The position numbers and the translations under genes were made by a program. A model generated the notes under the pieces. That model was given only the letters and a program-made list of their open reading frames with translations, had not been told where the DNA came from and did no database searches. A stretch of 36,955 nt of DNA, from contig JBCCRV010000003.1 in NCBI GenBank assembly GCA_039201085.1, positions 1-36,955 on the forward strand. The letters are read 5' to 3'. The DNA comes from Myxococcota bacterium. GTDB taxonomy: Bacteria > Myxococcota_A > Polyangia > Polyangiales > Houyiibacteriaceae. Positions 25,535-34,537 of this stretch are shown piece after piece (within the stretch, counting starts at the first letter, position 1; each line of letters starts with the position of its first letter).

Positions 25535-26170
25535 TCAACGCTCCGTATCCTCGAATCGCGGTCGGTCATTTAACCCGACCGTCTCCGCGTCTGGCGCGGT
25601 TTCTTCGACTCGAACTTTGGCTCCCGTAAGCTGCGATTCGATGGCCGCTCGATGGCGTTCGAATCGATCGCGAAGAAAGGACGCCGCATCATGCGTTGAA
25701 AGCCCACTTGTCACGTTGATGATGTCCCCCCCGTGAATGTCTGCCATGACCACGTACTCGAAAATCGGTCCCTGCTTTGTGGAACCGCACTGACGCTTTT
25801 CAGCGTAGAATCCCTTGACGACGGCCATTTCCGCACTCTCGGGATTCCTTTGAAAGGGCATCGGAATCGGACCGCATGAGGTCGACAGCAGACCGTCTTC
25901 GATCGTGATAGTGCACCGGTTTAGCCACGTTCCAAGCAGGTACCAGGTTAGCGGGACAACTGCGGCTAGCATCCATAGGCTAAGAGAAGCGCCGCCGATG
26001 ACCGTCACAATGCTCGCCACTCCCAGGAGCGTAAGAAGTTCGCGATTCGGCGCATGCCGACGATGGGTAGCGCGAAACCGGCTTTCCGAAGCGTATACGG
26101 TTCGATAGTTCAGCGTGCGCTTGGGAAGTGCGTCTTCTTCAACCACGATCCCGCTGGGCATTTCGCTCAT
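25535..26170 (-). CDS. Hypothetical membrane protein (2 TM + soluble beta-rich domain)
   Basis: 211-aa ORF with two TM segments, then NRCTITIEDGLL...GPIPMP; visibly lower GC than its neighbours. Confidence 0.7.
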   Translation of the reverse strand: MSEMPSGIVVEEDALPKRTLNYRTVYASESRFRATHRRHAPNRELLTLLGVASIVTVIGGASLSLWMLAAVVPLTWYLLGTWLNRCTITIEDGLLSTSCGPIPMPFQRNPESAEMAVVKGFYAEKRQCGSTKQGPIFEYVVMADIHGGDIINVTSGLSTHDAASFLRDRFERHRAAIESQLTGAKVRVEETAPDAETVGLNDRPRFEDTER

Positions 26171-26448
26171 CGTACATCTCGTTCTTCTATCGGGCTGACG
26201 TCAAGGGGCGTCGACCTTACACGTTCTGCAGCGAAGCGCCGAAGCCGGCAATCGTCGCCAGGGAAGCCGCGCTCCATCGAGGAAGAGATCACGGCCGTGC
26301 GCTCGCCGTCTGCGAGCACGCGCGCTTCATCGAGCATAAGCGTCGCGCCATTGGCGAAGAGATCGCAGTTTGCAGGCCAAAGACGCACGACGTGTCGAGC
26401 GCGCATGGTGTTCCTTCGCGACCGTGAGCTCACGGTTACGGGTTGCAC
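26167..26448 (-). CDS. Possible small hypothetical protein
   Basis: ATGA overlap with the start of the 25535-26170 gene; no recognisable motif. Confidence 0.25.
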   Translation of the reverse strand: MQPVTVSSRSRRNTMRARHVVRLWPANCDLFANGATLMLDEARVLADGERTAVISSSMERGFPGDDCRLRRFAAERVRSTPLDVSPIEERDVR

Positions 26449-26546
26449 AACGCAGGAGTCGCGCCAGTCTCAGGTCTGACGAGGCGCTTGCGGGTGCCAA
26501 ATATGGGGTTGCAGACCGAATCCACCGTCGACCAACCGCGCGTTGT

Positions 26547-28511
26547 TTAGATGAGCGACGTGTCCGTCATGACTTCGACGAGCGAGGGCCCCTCGTGGGC
26601 GATGGCCTTCGCAAGGGCCTCCTCGAGCTCTTCTTCCTTTTCGACCCGCACGGCGAAGAAGCCGAGGTCTTCGGCGAACTTGGCGAAGTTCGGATTGCGC
26701 AACTTTGTCTGCCAGACGGGAAAACGTCCGGCGCGCTGCTCCTTGCTGATCTTGCCGAGCTCGTCGTTGTGTAGGAGCACGTGCGTGATCTTCATGTTGT
26801 ACAAGGACCAGGTCGAAAGATCGCCGAGGAACTGACCGAGGCCGCCGTCGCCGGAGACGCTGAGCACCTTGCGGCCTGCAAACGCACCGCCCGCTTCCTG
26901 CGTGGCGGCCCAGGCGCCCATGGCGGCGCCCACGGAAAAGCCGATCGAGCCGAGGTAGCCGCTCATCAACACGGCGTGCGCGTCGCACTCGAAATAGCGG
27001 CCGAACGAATAGGTGTTGTTGCCCACGTCCACCGGCAGGATCGCATCCCTCGGCGCGGCCTTCGTGAGCGCCTCGAAGAGAAACGCAGAGCTCAAGCCCT
27101 CGCCGCGGTCTTCACGGCGACGCGCCTTCTCGCTGCGCCAGATGGTCCATCGCTCGGCGATCTCGCCGCGCTGATCGACCGTCTCGTGACCGGCGAGCGC
27201 TTCCTTCAGGCGCCGCGCCGTGATGCCCACCTCGCCGAGCACGGGCACGGTGACGGGATGAAACTTGCCCAGCATCATTGGGTCGAGATCGATCTGCACG
27301 ATCGGGATCTTGGGCGTGATGCCCGTATGGTTGCTGAAGCTCGCGCCGAAGACGAGGAGCACATCCGCTTCGTTCATGAAGTGCGACGCGATCGGCGTGC
27401 CCGAGCGCCCAAGCACACCGCAGCCGAGCGGATGGTGATCGGAGATCTGTCCCTTCGCCTTGAAGGTCGTGAGCACCGGCGCGCCAAGCTGGTCCGCGAG
27501 CGCGATCACGGCGTGCATTTCGAAGCGCGAGCCGTGACCAACAATGATCGCCGGGCGTTTCGACTTCCTGAGGAGCGCAAGCGCGTCCGCGAAGGCGCTT
27601 TCGCTGGGCGGCACATCCTTCTTGGGCAACCGTCCTTCCGGGCTGCCGACCTTCGTACGCTCGCCCACCTCAAGGGTCTGCACGTCGTCCGGAAAGATCA
27701 GGTGGGACACGCCGCGGTTGAGGATCGCCGACTTGCACGCGAGGTTCGCGAGTTCATGAAAACGGCTGCTGTGCAGCACGGGCTGGGACCACTGGGCCAC
27801 CTTGCCAAAGGCCGCAGTCAGGTCGACCTCCTGAAAGGCGCCCGGTCCAAGGACCTGCACGTCCACCTGACCGGTCAGGGCGAGCACGGGGGCGCGATCC
27901 ACGTTCGCATCCCACAGGCCCGTAAGCAGGTTGGTGGCGCCCGGGCCGGCGATCGAAAGGCACGCCGCCGGACGCCCCGTGAGCTTGCCGTAGGCGCTTG
28001 CCGCGAAGGACGCCGCTCCTTCGTGGCGAATGCCGTAGTAGGCCATCTTGCCCGCTTCGACCTGCCGGCGAATCGCGTCGGCGAGCCCCAGGTTCGAATG
28101 ACCGACCATGCCCCACACGTGGCGCACGCCCCAGTTCGCAAAGGTCTCCGCGATCACGTCCGAGCTCGTACGCACGTGCGGCGCTTCTTCCTCAAAGGCG
28201 ACGTACACGCCATCTTCGCGCGTTTCGACGGGAAAGGTCGGCACACCCGGATCGTCCTCGAAGGCGCCTGGCGACTTCCCCGTCAGCGGATCGTAATCCC
28301 ATCCGTGCCAGGGGCATCGCAGCAGCCCCTTTTCAATGCTGCCTTCACCGAGCGGACCGCCCTGGTGTGGACACCGGTTCGAAAGGGCGGCGTACTGCCC
28401 CTCATGGTGCACCATGCAGAGCGTTTCGCGCCCGCAGGTCACGGTTTTCACGCGCCCGTCAGGCAACTCGCCTGGCTCAAGGACTTTGAGCCAGCGCTTA
28501 CTGTGTTCCAT
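26547..28511 (-). CDS. Rieske [2Fe-2S]-fused ThDP-dependent enzyme (pyruvate oxidase/ALS-like)
   Basis: N-terminal CPHQGGPL...CPWHGW, then IRHEGAASFAASAYGKLTG, GPGATNL, FQE, and GDGG...HN ThDP motif. Confidence 0.93.
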   Translation of the reverse strand: MEHSKRWLKVLEPGELPDGRVKTVTCGRETLCMVHHEGQYAALSNRCPHQGGPLGEGSIEKGLLRCPWHGWDYDPLTGKSPGAFEDDPGVPTFPVETREDGVYVAFEEEAPHVRTSSDVIAETFANWGVRHVWGMVGHSNLGLADAIRRQVEAGKMAYYGIRHEGAASFAASAYGKLTGRPAACLSIAGPGATNLLTGLWDANVDRAPVLALTGQVDVQVLGPGAFQEVDLTAAFGKVAQWSQPVLHSSRFHELANLACKSAILNRGVSHLIFPDDVQTLEVGERTKVGSPEGRLPKKDVPPSESAFADALALLRKSKRPAIIVGHGSRFEMHAVIALADQLGAPVLTTFKAKGQISDHHPLGCGVLGRSGTPIASHFMNEADVLLVFGASFSNHTGITPKIPIVQIDLDPMMLGKFHPVTVPVLGEVGITARRLKEALAGHETVDQRGEIAERWTIWRSEKARRREDRGEGLSSAFLFEALTKAAPRDAILPVDVGNNTYSFGRYFECDAHAVLMSGYLGSIGFSVGAAMGAWAATQEAGGAFAGRKVLSVSGDGGLGQFLGDLSTWSLYNMKITHVLLHNDELGKISKEQRAGRFPVWQTKLRNPNFAKFAEDLGFFAVRVEKEEELEEALAKAIAHEGPSLVEVMTDTSLI

Positions 28512-28645
28512 GGCGTGAGCCTACGCGAACGCGGACGCAGAGCATGCGAAAACAGTGTGCGCTGAGAAAAACAGCCGCGCAGAGACACCGTTCGGGAGAA
28601 AACCGGTGGCGGTCGCGATCTTTGATTACCCTCCTCCCCTGGTCC

Positions 28646-28670
28646 GTGAGGAGTGAGGCGTGAGGCGTGA
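28646..28670. repeat. Short heptamer tandem repeat (GTGAGGM)
   Basis: gtgagga gtgaggc gtgaggc gtga, just downstream of the M61 peptidase stop. Confidence 0.6.
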
Positions 28671-28677
28671 CGGTTCT

Positions 28678-30582
28678 TTAGTTCTGGAGCCAGGCGTCGC
28701 GCTGGCGACGCGAACCGGGGCTCGAGTTCACGTCGACCTCCAGGGTCCAGTCGTCGCGAGGCGCTTCACCCAGCGTAAGCGTTAGCCGGCGCAGGAGGCC
28801 GCGTCGAGAGACGAGGACTTCCACCGCGTCGCCGCTTTCGTAGCGACCGACGCGCTCGGTCCAGCTTTCCGGAAGCCGTTCATCACCAAAGGCGATGAGT
28901 TCGTCGCCCACGTTGATGCCGGCGTCAAAGGCTGGGCTGCCGTCGACCACCTCCCGCACGACGATGCGCGCGCCTTCACCGGCGCTGAGTCCGACAAAGG
29001 GCTCCGCCGACCCGTCGCTACTCGCGAAGCGCAGACCAAAGACAGCGAGTGCCGCGTCGTAGCCGAGCTCTTCCGTGCCCTCGATATACGCCGTCCAGAA
29101 GTCGTCGAGGCTTTCCTCAACCAGTTCCTCACAGATGGCCTTGAAGTCCTCGCTTTCGTAGCCCCGGTCGCCGCTGTAGCGGGCGTAGGCAATGCGCATG
29201 GCGTCGTCGAGGCTGCGGCTGCCCCCCGTAGCGTCACGAATGCGCGCATCGAGCAGGAGGCCCACCAGGGCGCCCTTTGTGTAGTAGCTGACACCGGTGT
29301 TCCGTGAGTTCTCGTCGGGCCGGTAGAAATGAATCCACGCGTCAAAGGACGATGCCGAAAGGGACTGCACCCGCCGACCGGGCGTACCCTGAAGGCGCGC
29401 GATGCCCTTCGCGATGCGCCCGAAATACTGATCGTCGTCCAGGAGCCCGGCGCGACGGAGCAGCAGGTCGTCGTAGTAGGACGTGAGGCCCTCCACGATC
29501 CAAAGGTCGTCCGTGTAGTTCTCGTTTTCGAAGTCGAAGGGCCCGAGAACCGCCGGTCGCAGCCGCTTGATGTTCCACGTGTGAAAGAACTCGTGACTCA
29601 CGAGCCCGAGCCAGCGGCGGTATTCGTCGTCGTCGCGGGACGCCCAGCGGTCCGTCAGCATGATCGTGGACGTTCGGTGCTCAAGGCCGCCGCCGCCGCC
29701 CATGGCCAAGTTGATGTACGCGTAGCGCTGGTACGGCACGACTCCCCAGAACTCGTGCTGCACGCGGGTGATCGCTTCAACGTCCCGTGCGGCCTTCTCG
29801 TCGTCCCAAACGTCGGCGCCACCAAAGGTCGCCAGCACGTGCGGTACGCCGCCTTCGTCCCATCGATGCAGGCTCGGGTTACCGAGCGCGATCGGCGAGT
29901 CGACGAGCTCGTCGAAATCGCGCGCTAGGTAGCGGTGCGCTTCGTTCGGGTAGGGGTCGAGGCCCGTGACGCTTTCGGCCCAGCCTTCGGGCATGTCGAT
30001 CGAAACGTCGTGCGGCCGCTCCTGCCCCTGAACGGGCACGAGGAAGGTGCCGGCGCCGCATAGGAGCGCGAACTCGTCGTCGACGAAGTTGGTGCGCACG
30101 CTCATCTCATGGGCGTAGATGCGCGCTCGAAGCACGACGCGCTCCGGCACCTCACCGCCTTCGGCCACGACACGCCAGCGGTTCTTCGCCGTCTTGAAGA
30201 CCCGGAGCGCTTCGCCCTCGGGCGTCGACGCGCGCAGCTCACGCACGTGCTTCGCAAACTCGCGCACGAGGTAGCTGCCCGGCGTCCACACGGCCATCAT
30301 CACGTCGACGCCCACGCCACCCGCCGCGTCTTCGTCGGGGCCCGTCGTCAGCCCCTCCGTTCGAAAGCTCGTCTCGATCTCGAAGTAGTTCGTCTGCGGC
30401 GCGGAAAAACGCAGCGTGTGCTCGATGGTCTCACCATCGGCACGCGGCTCCATCGGCTCCGGCGCCACCGCACCGCCTGTGGGCAAATCGTCATCGCCGC
30501 CCGCCGCTTCACGAACTTCGCAGCCCACGTCGCGCGGCGAACACGCCAAGATCGTCCACCAAAGAAGCGTTCCATACCTCAC
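28678..30582 (-). CDS. M61 family (glycyl) aminopeptidase with C-terminal PDZ, probable lipoprotein
   Basis: WTPGSYLVREF, LVDSPI, GGGLEH, SHEFFHTWNIKR, LW..EGLTSYY, SYYTKG, PDZ GSPAFDAGINVGDELIA. Signal-like LLWWTILAC; start uncertain (30582-30648). Confidence 0.93.
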   Translation of the reverse strand: MRYGTLLWWTILACSPRDVGCEVREAAGGDDDLPTGGAVAPEPMEPRADGETIEHTLRFSAPQTNYFEIETSFRTEGLTTGPDEDAAGGVGVDVMMAVWTPGSYLVREFAKHVRELRASTPEGEALRVFKTAKNRWRVVAEGGEVPERVVLRARIYAHEMSVRTNFVDDEFALLCGAGTFLVPVQGQERPHDVSIDMPEGWAESVTGLDPYPNEAHRYLARDFDELVDSPIALGNPSLHRWDEGGVPHVLATFGGADVWDDEKAARDVEAITRVQHEFWGVVPYQRYAYINLAMGGGGGLEHRTSTIMLTDRWASRDDDEYRRWLGLVSHEFFHTWNIKRLRPAVLGPFDFENENYTDDLWIVEGLTSYYDDLLLRRAGLLDDDQYFGRIAKGIARLQGTPGRRVQSLSASSFDAWIHFYRPDENSRNTGVSYYTKGALVGLLLDARIRDATGGSRSLDDAMRIAYARYSGDRGYESEDFKAICEELVEESLDDFWTAYIEGTEELGYDAALAVFGLRFASSDGSAEPFVGLSAGEGARIVVREVVDGSPAFDAGINVGDELIAFGDERLPESWTERVGRYESGDAVEVLVSRRGLLRRLTLTLGEAPRDDWTLEVDVNSSPGSRRQRDAWLQN

Positions 30583-30718
30583 GCCGCGCACCCTACCAGC
30601 GGCTCGGGCGTTGCACGAGCCGCTTGGAGAGATGAGGTCGGGCCCCACATGAGGTACTGACTCGAAGGGCGAACGGCCCTGCGCCCGCGCCGCACAGCTC
30701 GGCCCGTTGACGCTCCCC

Positions 30719-31693
30719 CTACGGGTGGAGCACGACCTTGCCGCGCGTCTTTCGCGAATGCAGGTCGCCGATCACTCGAGCCGCATCTTCCAAGGGCGCC
30801 GTCTGCGTCACAACGGGCGAAAGCTGCCCTGCCGCCACCATCTTGCAGAGCGCCTCGTGCGCGTCGCGGATTTTCGCCCGGTCGTGGTCGTAATAGGCGC
30901 CCCAATGAAGGCCCGTGACGGCGATGTTCTTCAGCAATACGCGGTTCATCTGAAGCGTAGGAATGCGTCCCGACGCAAAACCCACGACGACGAGCCGGCC
31001 GTCCCAGGCGATGCACTTCGTCGAACCGTCGAAGATGTCGCCACCGACAGGATCGTAGATCACGTCGGCGCCGCGTCCGTCCGTCGCTTCCTTCACTTGG
31101 CCGATCCAGTTCGCATCGCGGTACCCGATGCAGACGTCCGCGCCGTGCTCCGCCGCCAGCGCAAGCTTCGCGTCGCTGCCCGCCGTCGCGATGACCCGCG
31201 CACCGAGCGCTTTGGCGATCTGCACCGCCGCCAATCCAACGCCGCCGGCGGCGGCGTGAATCAACGCCGTCTCGCCCGGCTGCAGCGCGGCGCGATAGAC
31301 GAGCCCGAAGTAACTCGTCTGGTAAACGATACCGAAGGCCGAAGCCTGGTCGTCGTTCAGCCCTTCGGGAAAGGCGTAGACCCGCTCGTCCTCGACGTTG
31401 AGGTGGCTCGCGTAGGCGCCGTAGTCGACCAGCGCCATCACCCGCTCGCCCACCTTCCAGGCGCTGCCCTCGCCGACAGCGACGACCTCGCCCGCGATCT
31501 CCGCGCCGGGGGCAAACGGAAGCTCCGGCCGCCGCTGGTACTGGCCGGCGGTGATGAGCGCGTCGAAGAAGTTGCAGCCGATGGCCGTGACCCGAAGCGA
31601 CACCTGCTTCGGGCCCGGCGCCTCCGGCTCAAAGTCCTCGCGCTCCAGCGCAGAAGGGCCATCAAAGGCACGAACGATCATTCGGTAGGGCAC
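30719..31693 (-). CDS. NADPH:quinone oxidoreductase (zeta-crystallin/MDR family)
   Basis: GQYQ.RPELPFAPGAE.AG, LIHAAAGGVG.AAVQIAKALGA, GADVIYDPVGG, GFASG.IP, GKVVL. Confidence 0.93.
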   Translation of the reverse strand: MPYRMIVRAFDGPSALEREDFEPEAPGPKQVSLRVTAIGCNFFDALITAGQYQRRPELPFAPGAEIAGEVVAVGEGSAWKVGERVMALVDYGAYASHLNVEDERVYAFPEGLNDDQASAFGIVYQTSYFGLVYRAALQPGETALIHAAAGGVGLAAVQIAKALGARVIATAGSDAKLALAAEHGADVCIGYRDANWIGQVKEATDGRGADVIYDPVGGDIFDGSTKCIAWDGRLVVVGFASGRIPTLQMNRVLLKNIAVTGLHWGAYYDHDRAKIRDAHEALCKMVAAGQLSPVVTQTAPLEDAARVIGDLHSRKTRGKVVLHP

Positions 31694-31825
31694 ACCGGCG
31701 TGATGTTTCCATCCCGTCAAAAAGGCAAGGGCTGAGCACGCACGTGCGTTCGGTACGTTCGTTCAATGCGCCCGCACCGCCCTTGGCGCCCGTGCCCTGC
31801 TCAAGGGAGAATGGTACTCTCGGGC

Positions 31826-32392
31826 ATGTCGACCGCGCGGCGCTACAGCTACAGCTACGACGACTACCTCCAGCTGGAGGAGAAGTCGCCGTTCAAGCTC
31901 GAGTATAGCGACGGTGAGATCTTCGCTATGGCCGGCGGCACGCCAGAACACGGTGCGCTCGCCATGCAGCTCGTGCGCTTACTCGCGTCGGCGCTTCCGC
32001 CCGAATGCCGTGTATTTTCGTCGGACGTGAAAGTTCACGTCGCCGCCACCGATCTGACGGCGTACCCAGACCTCTCGGTGGTGTGCGGCGAACTCGCGCG
32101 CGCCGACAAGGATAGGAACGCCATCATCAACCCGCGCTACCTGGTTGAAGTTACAAGCCCTTCGACCGAGGCCTACGACCGGGGCGACAAGTCGAGCCAG
32201 TACAAGCAGCTTGCATCGCTCGAAGCCATCCTGCTGGTTTCGCACCGTCGGCAGCAAGTGACGCTCATGCGTCGCGACGGATCAACTTGGGAACACGCGG
32301 AGTATCGAGCCGGCGAACAGCTCGACCTTGCCGGACGCGCCCCCATCGACGTCAGCGAGCTCTACGCCGTGCTCGACGACTTCACCGAATAG
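31826..32392 (+). CDS. Uma2 family (PD-(D/E)XK) endonuclease-like protein
   Basis: KLEYSDGEIFAMAGGTPEH, YPDLSVVC, NP..LVEVTSPSTEAYDRGDK..QY..L.SL. Confidence 0.92.
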   Translation: MSTARRYSYSYDDYLQLEEKSPFKLEYSDGEIFAMAGGTPEHGALAMQLVRLLASALPPECRVFSSDVKVHVAATDLTAYPDLSVVCGELARADKDRNAIINPRYLVEVTSPSTEAYDRGDKSSQYKQLASLEAILLVSHRRQQVTLMRRDGSTWEHAEYRAGEQLDLAGRAPIDVSELYAVLDDFTE

Positions 32393-32410
32393 GCGCGCGC
32401 AGCCGGCCGG

Positions 32411-32773
32411 CTAGCGAAGCCCGGCACGCTCCAGCGCCAGCTCCGCCAAAAGCCGATGCACGCCAAAGGGCTCGGCCACCCGATGTCGCAGCCCATGGGC
32501 TTCCGCTGCCTCGGCGCAGAGGCGCGGGATGTCCTCGCGCACGTGCCGGCCGCGGGCGAGAAACCACGGAAAGACGATGACTTCCTCGGCGCCTGCCGCC
32601 GCGCACTGGGCAAAGGCCTCGGCGATCGTTGGCTCGGCCAGCTCCATATGGGCGGCAAACACCGGCAGGTCCGGCGCACACTCCCGCACCGCCTCGGCGG
32701 CATGGAGCAGATTTTCATTGGCTTCCGCGCGCCGCGAACCGTGGTCCACTAAAAGAAGGGCCTGTTGCGTCAT
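32411..32773 (-). CDS. Short-form CbiX/SirB class II tetrapyrrole chelatase
   Basis: LLVDHGSRRAEAN, AHMELAEPTI, FPWFLARGRHVREDIP, EPFGVH; 120 aa. Confidence 0.9.
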   Translation of the reverse strand: MTQQALLLVDHGSRRAEANENLLHAAEAVRECAPDLPVFAAHMELAEPTIAEAFAQCAAAGAEEVIVFPWFLARGRHVREDIPRLCAEAAEAHGLRHRVAEPFGVHRLLAELALERAGLR

Positions 32774-32831
32774 GGGGCCAAGCGTAGGTCTACGGGCGGC
32801 GGCGCCAAGTCGACCATGGGCAAAGCGCCTA

Positions 32832-33149
32832 TCATCCCCTCAGCTCCTCGTATTCGCTTTCCGGCGGCCTTCCGCCCGCCCCACGTCCCGCCTTGAACAC
32901 GAAGCTGCCGTTCACCTGCATCCCGATGACGCGGACGATTCGAAGGACGCCGATATCATACGGTCTGCGTGCCACGAAACGCCGGCAAGAGTGATCGACC
33001 CAAGCGGTGACGACGTGCCGAAAGTGGTTCGTCCAGTGGAGGCAGTAGCCCTTCGTACCGCCGCTCATGTCCGTGGCCATGCCCGACATCACGAAGTGCT
33101 TGCAGCGGTCGCAACGCTTCGAGGCTAGCGCTCCGGGCGATCGGTACAT
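32832..33149 (-). CDS. Hypothetical small protein with four-Cys motif
   Basis: CDRCKHF...GYC...SCRRF; overlaps the 3' end of the upstream ORF; start uncertain. Confidence 0.4.
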   Translation of the reverse strand: MYRSPGALASKRCDRCKHFVMSGMATDMSGGTKGYCLHWTNHFRHVVTAWVDHSCRRFVARRPYDIGVLRIVRVIGMQVNGSFVFKAGRGAGGRPPESEYEELRG

Positions 33150-33577
33150 GAGATGTCCTCCGAAAGTTCAAAACGCGCAACTCGCTCGCCCGTAAGCACC
33201 GCCCGCAGGACGCCTCCATCGACGAAGAGGATCCCCTCTTCTTCGAAGGTGAAGTCATCGCTCACGCCAACGGCGCGTGACATTCGGCGCAGGTCGTCCG
33301 CCGAAAGGTTGCGCGGCTCCACTTCGGCCAGAACGCAGGCGGCCGTTTCCACATCGCGGTAACCGTCCCGCATGTAGTCGAGGGTGACGGCTTGGTCGAT
33401 CCAGGCCATCAGCCACGCCCCGTTGGTGAAGACCAAGGTTGCTCCGAGAAGGACCGAGAGTTTTTTTCGCGCGTTGAAGACGGCTGACGTCCCCAACCTA
33501 GCTGAAAGGCTCGCTTCGCCCATTGAGAGGCTCGCCGTTATGACGATTGTCGTCACCGTCGCCCTTCGCTTGTTCAT
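33125..33577 (-). CDS. Imm58-like putative immunity protein
   Basis: TM segment LVFTNGAWLMAWIDQAVTLDYMRDGY resembles my recollection of the Imm58 pattern (N..W....D..vtl.Y), followed by a short beta-rich C-terminus. Start uncertain. Confidence 0.5.
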   Translation of the reverse strand: MNKRRATVTTIVITASLSMGEASLSARLGTSAVFNARKKLSVLLGATLVFTNGAWLMAWIDQAVTLDYMRDGYRDVETAACVLAEVEPRNLSADDLRRMSRAVGVSDDFTFEEEGILFVDGGVLRAVLTGERVARFELSEDISCTDRPER

Positions 33578-33617
33578 CCCGCCCGACAAAACGTCTGTGT
33601 CAAGCGCGTGGGATCCA

Positions 33618-34037
33618 TCAGAAAGTCTGCGGCTCGCCCGCATCCGCGAGCAGTCCGAGTAAGCAAAGCCACTCGCCCCAGGTTCGCTGCGCCAGGGCGA
33701 CCATTAGAATCGATACGGCGACGCCAATAGGCTGGGCTATGAAGGGGTTACACCCGTAGACGGCGCCCAACACGCCGATGCCGACACCCGACGCGAAGGC
33801 GCCGCCGAACCAGACCCAGTACGCCGCGGCGGCGAGGGCGCGGGTTCCAAGGCGTAGCTCTCTTGGGGGCGCCGTTTTTCGCAGGGGCGCCGTTTTTCGC
33901 AGGGGCGCCTTTCTTCGCAGGGGCGCCGTTCTTCGCAGGGGCGCCGTTCTTCCCAAGGGCGCCGTTCTTCCCAAGGGCGCCCTTCGCCCCGAGTGCGGTG
34001 TCGTTCGCAGGCGCGGTCGCGTTCCCGTGGACGTCAT
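33618..34037 (-). CDS. Hypothetical membrane protein with N-terminal RTAPL(G/R) repeats
   Basis: The hydrophobic C-terminal half has high-GC3 codons in this frame (GCC CTC GCC GCC GCG GCG TAC TGG GTC TGG TTC GGC). Confidence 0.5.
   Translation of the reverse strand: MTSTGTRPRLRTTPHSGRRAPLGRTAPLGRTAPLRRTAPLRRKAPLRKTAPLRKTAPPRELRLGTRALAAAAYWVWFGGAFASGVGIGVLGAVYGCNPFIAQPIGVAVSILMVALAQRTWGEWLCLLGLLADAGEPQTF
33866..33981. repeat. 18-bp tandem repeat (VNTR), six full copies plus a partial
   Basis: Unit ggggcgccgttyttcsca with a polar drift of variants along the array. Confidence 0.92.
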
Positions 34038-34154
34038 CGGTAGAAAAGACGTTCCGCGCGCGCGCCGCATTCCCGGGGCTTCCGGCGACGCTCGCGATGC
34101 CGGCGGGAATCCGCCGACCGGCGCCCCCGGGCCGGCCAGCGCTGTCCCGGCACT

Positions 34155-34358
34155 TCAGTCGTTTAGGACGAAGGTGACCTTTAGGGCGACGCGGTACTCG
34201 TCGACGGCGCCGTCCTTGATGGTGACCTTCTGATCCTGAACCCAGGCGCCCGTGACGTTCTTCAGGGTCTTATTGGCGTGGGCGATGCCTTCCTTGATGG
34301 CGTCTTCGAAAGACGAAGCGCTGCTGGCAGTGATTTCGATGTGCTTGGCGACGGACAT
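34155..34358 (-). CDS. Dodecin family flavin-binding protein
   Basis: MSVAKHIEITASSASSFEDAIKEGIAHANKTLKNVTGAWV...YRVALKVTFVL; RBS GAGGGGG upstream. Confidence 0.93.
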   Translation of the reverse strand: MSVAKHIEITASSASSFEDAIKEGIAHANKTLKNVTGAWVQDQKVTIKDGAVDEYRVALKVTFVLND

Positions 34359-34537
34359 GAGGTCCCCCCTCTTTTGTGAATGGGCGTTTTGTGAATGAGA
34401 ACGCGAACGAACCCAGCCGCGCTTGGCCGAAGGGACCGCTCGCCGACGTGGCTACCCGGCGAAGGGGACGGCGGTCAAGGAGGGGGAAACGTCTTTCCCT
34501 TGGTAACGTCCGAGGCCCGCGGTACTACGGGTGGGCG

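Noticed and set aside
31826-32392. Uma2 gene as a restriction or defence system
   Set aside because: Stand-alone with no methylase or partner; Uma2 paralogs are typically abundant and scattered in myxobacteria.
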